Below, piece after piece: positions 60,257 to 64,000 of a DNA stretch of 64,000 nt. The stretch is from Aulosira sp. ZfuVER01. GTDB lineage: Bacteria; Cyanobacteriota; Cyanobacteriia; Cyanobacteriales; Nostocaceae. Numbering within the stretch: position 1 is the first letter of the stretch; every line of letters starts with the position of its first letter. The notes below the pieces were generated by a model. It saw nothing but the letters and a program-made list of their open reading frames with translations, was not told the DNA's origin and ran no database searches. Made by a program: the position numbers and the translations under genes. The stretch lies in assembly GCA_034530615.2 (NCBI GenBank), contig JAVRCV020000079.1, forward strand, positions 98,936 to 162,935, in the 5' to 3' direction.

Positions 60257-61981
60257 TTGAAAACGCGATCTAATTATTGGCAACTGCTACCTTATATCCG
60301 ACCCCAGTGGCAAACCATCACTAAGGGATTTATTGGCATTTTAGGATATGTGCTGGCTACATTAACGCTGATTAATCTTGCAGGTAAATTGGCAGTTCCC
60401 TTTGGAGACGGTAATGTAGTAGCGATCGCACAACTAGCTGGAATCTGCGCAGTCGTATTTCTGGTACGCGGCTTTTTTCAGTCTGTGCAAGATATCTACA
60501 TGGCACAAGCTGCTCTGCGACTAGCTTTTAATCTCCGGAAACAAGTCTATGGACACTTGCAAAAACTCAATCTCAGCTATTTTGAAACAGCAAAAGCTGG
60601 TGATTTATCTTACCGCCTGACTGAGGATATTGACAGGGTTGGGGAAGTAGTCAATAAAATATTTCACGATTTGATTCCTTGTGTTTTGCAACTGCTGGCA
60701 ATTCCTATCTACATGATTTGCCTCAATTGGCAGCTGACACTAGCAACGGTAATTGTTGCGCCACTGATGGGGATTTTAATTGGCTGGTTTGGCGAACGGT
60801 TACAGAAGTATTCTCGTCGCAGTCAAAATCGTGTTTCCAGTTTATCGGCCATCCTCACAGAAGTTTTCAGTGGGATTCGTTTAGTACAAGCTTTTGCTGC
60901 CGAAAACTACGAAATTGCCAAGTTTAGCCGCGAAGCTGAACACAGCCTCAAAGCCAAATACTCAGCAGAAAGACTCAAAGCAATTCAAATCCCCATTGTG
61001 GGATTCTTAGAAGCTGTGAGTGCTTTATCACTATTAATGGTGGGAGGATGGCAAATTTCTCAACGCAATTTAACAGTAGGGGAGTTTTTCAGCTATTTGA
61101 CGGCGGCGGCGTTATTAATTGACCCAATTGGACATACTACGAATAACTACAACGAATTTAAGCAAGGTGAGGCATCCGTTGACCGAGTTTTTGAATTATT
61201 GGCAATTAAACCAACAGTATTAGAAAAGCCCAACGCTGAAATCCTTCCCCCTGTGCAAGGTAAGGTGGAATATGACCATGTTGATTTTGCTTATAACCCT
61301 GGTGAACCTGTATTAAAAGATATCAGTTTGTTGGTATCACCAGGAGAAGCGATCGCTCTTGTGGGTGCTTCTGGTGCTGGTAAAACCACATTTGTGAATC
61401 TCCTACCCCGCTTTTATGACCCTGTTTCTGGTCAAATTTTGATTGATGGTGTGGATATTCGCGATGTCACACTCCACAGTCTGCGGCGACAAATTGGGAT
61501 TGTTCCTCAAGAAACCATCATGTTTTCTGGGACAATTGCCCAAAATATCGCTTTTGGACAAGACTCCTTTGAAATGTCAGCAGTGGAAGAAGCTGCGAAA
61601 ATTGCTAACGCCCATCAATTTATTAGCAAGCTACCAGAGGGTTACAATACTTGGGTAGGTGAGCGTGGGGTAAATTTATCAGGGGGACAAAGACAAAGAA
61701 TTGCGATCGCCCGTGCTGTTCTTCTTAACCCCCAAATCTTGATTTTAGATGAGGCAACATCGGCTTTAGATTCCGAGTCAGAAACGCTGGTACAGGAAGC
61801 CTTAGAACGGCTGATGCAAGGTCGTACAGTATTAATTATTGCTCATCGATTAAGTACAGTAAGAAGATGCGATCGCATTTTAGTACTGGAACAGGGACGA
61901 ATTGTGGAATCAGGAACTCATGAAGAACTGTTAGGGCTTCATGGCCGCTATGCACGGTTTTATGCTCAACAGTTTAGTTAG
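60257..61981 (+). CDS. ABC exporter, fused permease/ATPase (MsbA-like)
   Basis: TM domain, GASGAGKT, LSGGQRQR, LDEATSALD, AHR. Confidence 0.93.
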   Translation: MKTRSNYWQLLPYIRPQWQTITKGFIGILGYVLATLTLINLAGKLAVPFGDGNVVAIAQLAGICAVVFLVRGFFQSVQDIYMAQAALRLAFNLRKQVYGHLQKLNLSYFETAKAGDLSYRLTEDIDRVGEVVNKIFHDLIPCVLQLLAIPIYMICLNWQLTLATVIVAPLMGILIGWFGERLQKYSRRSQNRVSSLSAILTEVFSGIRLVQAFAAENYEIAKFSREAEHSLKAKYSAERLKAIQIPIVGFLEAVSALSLLMVGGWQISQRNLTVGEFFSYLTAAALLIDPIGHTTNNYNEFKQGEASVDRVFELLAIKPTVLEKPNAEILPPVQGKVEYDHVDFAYNPGEPVLKDISLLVSPGEAIALVGASGAGKTTFVNLLPRFYDPVSGQILIDGVDIRDVTLHSLRRQIGIVPQETIMFSGTIAQNIAFGQDSFEMSAVEEAAKIANAHQFISKLPEGYNTWVGERGVNLSGGQRQRIAIARAVLLNPQILILDEATSALDSESETLVQEALERLMQGRTVLIIAHRLSTVRRCDRILVLEQGRIVESGTHEELLGLHGRYARFYAQQFS

Positions 61982-62088
61982 TCCTTTGCCAGTTGGAGAG
62001 TCTGATTGCATTGGGGTATATTTGGGGAGCGATCGCTCTATTAGCCACCAGATAAAAGAGCGATCGCTAGCATCATATAGTTAAACGA

Positions 62089-62511
62089 TTACGGTAAAAC
62101 AACAGAGCTTTGCTTACCATTGTTGTTTACACCATTCAAAGCTGTAACTGTACCCTCAGATGAAGATTGAGATTTTTTAGAACGGCGTGATGAATTCTTG
62201 CGTGGCTTACCTCCCGCCTGGATATATTGCAAACTATCCTTGCCATAATTGGTTACTACACTCATTAACATCTTTTCCGAATAGCGGTTTAATTCTTCTT
62301 CAATTTGAGAGATCCGATCTGCCGTTTCATCTAAAGTAGTGAGTAAATTATTGTAGTTTGATAGCTCGTTTTGCAAACTTTGAATACGGCTGTCGTATTC
62401 TGTTAAATTTAATCCTTTGCCAAAGTCTAGCGTCGGGCTAATCCAGCGCATTCCAGCAATTCGCTTTACAGCTTTTTCGAGAGTAGGTGAACTGCGTTTT
62501 GGTCTTACCAT
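62089..62511 (-). CDS. Small coiled-coil hypothetical protein with basic termini
   Basis: MVRPKRSS..LEKA..R..G...I.P.LDFG, coiled coil, YGKDSLQYIQAGGKPRK. Confidence 0.75.
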   Translation of the reverse strand: MVRPKRSSPTLEKAVKRIAGMRWISPTLDFGKGLNLTEYDSRIQSLQNELSNYNNLLTTLDETADRISQIEEELNRYSEKMLMSVVTNYGKDSLQYIQAGGKPRKNSSRRSKKSQSSSEGTVTALNGVNNNGKQSSVVLP

Positions 62512-62670
62512 AATATGCACTCCTGAAGAAAATCAGAGGATAACTGCGTATACTCTAGCCAATGCAACAATAAATCCCTATGAGAAATAATTCGTAAAAT
62601 TAACTGTAAATTGGTATCAATCTAATTGATTATTTTTACTTGTTTATACTGAAATTTTTAAAAGGAGCGT

Positions 62671-62879
62671 CTTCAATATCGTTTTGAAAGACTCCAATGT
62701 CGTTTTGAAAGGCTTCAATGTCGTTTTGATAGTCTTCAATGTCGTTTGAAAGGCTTTAATATCGTTTTGAAAGGCTTCAATGTCGTTTTGAGAGGCTTCA
62801 ATATCGTTTTGATAGTCTTCAATATCGTTTTGATAGTCTTCAATATCGTTTTGAGAGGCTTCAATATCGTTTTGAGGGA
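62671..62879. repeat. 21-bp tandem repeat, 10 units (cttcaatrtcgttttgaragg-like; unit 4 is 20 bp)
   Basis: Counted directly; no unique spacers. Confidence 0.95.
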
Positions 62880-62959
62880 TTAAATTATGATTTTCCCTAA
62901 CTTAACCTGAACTACGGCGAAGGCGATCGCACAGCGCAACGCACCATCAAAGATTAAAG

Positions 62960-62988
62960 GCGATAACTTCGTTAAGCTACGCTAACGC
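62960..62988. mobile_element. SDR-type 21-nt insertion in a HIP1 site
   Basis: GCGAT-aacttcgttaagctacgctaa-CGC. Confidence 0.6.
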
Positions 62989-63016
62989 ATTGCCAATCGA
63001 GAAATACACTCAGGTG

Positions 63017-63295
63017 TTACGCGGATTGTTGATCGGCGCTGCTTTCAATGTGGCGACGCAAAACAGCGTTGATGAGTGTTTTATATTCTGAGCCTTGAGC
63101 TTGAAACCAAGCTATGACATCTGGGTCTAATTGAATCAAATTTTTAGCTTGAGCCACCGGAATTCGCAATGTTGCTTTTTCAAAAAATTCATCAGTTAAT
63201 GGTGGAATATCTGAATAATCAATGTCTTCATCTGACATCGACTCTAATGCTTCCCAACTAGTTTGCGAGGTATTGTTCAAATCTTTGTCGCTCAT
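63017..63295 (-). CDS. brnA: BrnA antitoxin
   Basis: IDYSDIP, IQLDPDVIAWF...YKTLINAVLR. Confidence 0.9.
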   Translation of the reverse strand: MSDKDLNNTSQTSWEALESMSDEDIDYSDIPPLTDEFFEKATLRIPVAQAKNLIQLDPDVIAWFQAQGSEYKTLINAVLRRHIESSADQQSA

Positions 63296-63536
63296 ATCGA
63301 TTCGCCTTTCGTGCTGAGATAATTCGGATAACATCGCCTTGTCTTTCAGTCCAGACAACTACTGCCACTAAGTTTCTTAAAAAACTAATACCAATCCAAC
63401 GTTCCTCACCATAATCAAAACGGTCATCTAGCTCAATCAACATTGGACTATCAAACATTTCCGGCACATCTGCAAAGTCAATTTGATGTTTTTGTATGTT
63501 TTCCAGATTTTTCGCTTCATCCCACTCAAATTGCAT
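63258..63536 (-). CDS. brnT: BrnT toxin
   Basis: FEWDEAKN...KHQIDF...YGEERW.GI...RIISARKA. Confidence 0.92.
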   Translation of the reverse strand: MQFEWDEAKNLENIQKHQIDFADVPEMFDSPMLIELDDRFDYGEERWIGISFLRNLVAVVVWTERQGDVIRIISARKANRYERQRFEQYLAN

Positions 63537-63584
63537 TCAGGTCTGAGGAATGTTAATGCTATCAACTATTATCGCCCATCTAAG

Positions 63585-63613
63585 GCGATGTCTACGACAG
63601 GCTACGCCTACGC
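63585..63613. mobile_element. SDR5-like 21-nt insertion in a HIP1 site
   Basis: GCGAT-gtctacgacaggctacgccta-CGC. Confidence 0.7.
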
Positions 63614-63655
63614 ACTCTTGCTGAAGATGGGAAAAATGCGATCGCACTCTTTCGT

Positions 63656-63688
63656 AATTACAAATTACAAATTACGAATTACGAATTG
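63656..63688. repeat. Heptamer tandem repeat aattaca/aattacg
   Basis: Seen directly in the sequence. Confidence 0.75.
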
Positions 63689-63733
63689 AGAATACTTTGA
63701 TACTATTTGGCTAATAGTTCAGCGATTTCGCTC

Positions 63734-64000
63734 ATGACTGAGGCAGAACTGCTAAAGGTAATTAAACAAGCTGCAATAAAGGGTGTAACAGAATTAGACC
63801 TCTCTCTTCAAAATTTGACGGCTTTACCGCCTGAAATTGGACAACTGGTCAACTTGCAAACCCTCGACCTCAGCAGTAATCAACTCAGCAGTCTGCCTGG
63901 GGAAATTGGACAACTGGTCAACTTGCAAACCCTCTACCTCTGGGATAATCAACTCAGCAGTCTGCCTGGGGAATTTGGACAACTGGTCAACTTGCAAACC
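63734..64000 (+). CDS. Leucine-rich repeat protein, 5' part (possibly Roco/COR type)
   Basis: Manual translation [14 protein letters not shown]...ELDLS...[43 protein letters not shown]...; 23-aa LRRs; runs off the window end. Confidence 0.9.
   Translation, partial: MTEAELLKVIKQAAIKGVTELDLSLQNLTALPPEIGQLVNLQTLDLSSNQLSSLPGEIGQLVNLQTLYLWDNQLSSLPGEFGQLVNLQT

Noticed and set aside
62671..62879. CRISPR array, or iterons of the CyRepA1 gene
   Set aside because: No spacers; ~2.8 kb from rep and separated from it by an ABC transporter gene, so no supportable link

Overview
Chromosomal-looking DNA from a filamentous, probably heterocyst-forming (Nostoc-like) cyanobacterium. It has many HIP1 GCGATCGC octamers, STRR-type heptamer repeats, small dispersed repeats inserted in HIP1 sites, psbQ and ebo genes. 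In order it contains: the 5' part of a giant DUF4347/LamG/Calx-beta surface protein; mgtE; a ~17 kb orphan hybrid NRPS-PKS cluster (A-PCP; KS-AT-ACP-aminotransferase; JmjC/cupin; acyltransferase-3; C-A-PCP; and a degenerate C-A module with PCP-TE); eboD plus eboABCEF; a CBS/PAS hybrid histidine kinase; psbQ with an oxidoreductase and a hydrolase; a VOC-Coq4-P450 set; a stand-alone ndhK paralog with a GNAT; a Ser/Thr kinase divergent from an LMW phosphatase; an IS630 scar; a membrane-anchored Hsp70-like ATPase with a TM GrpE-like partner, divergent from hsp20; higBA with a frameshifted toxin; an RHH plus PAS-like pair; a sugar-kinase/DOMON pair; a CyRepA1-type primase-helicase; an ABC exporter; two 21-bp tandem arrays with palindromic cores; brnTA; and the start of an LRR protein. 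No rRNA, tRNA or CRISPR array was recognised. The best candidates for undescribed systems are the Hsp70-like/GrpE-like membrane module, the aminotransferase-PKS/NRPS cluster with its degenerate last module, and the 21-bp array next to a small coiled-coil gene. All family calls come from reading motifs by eye; no database searches were run.
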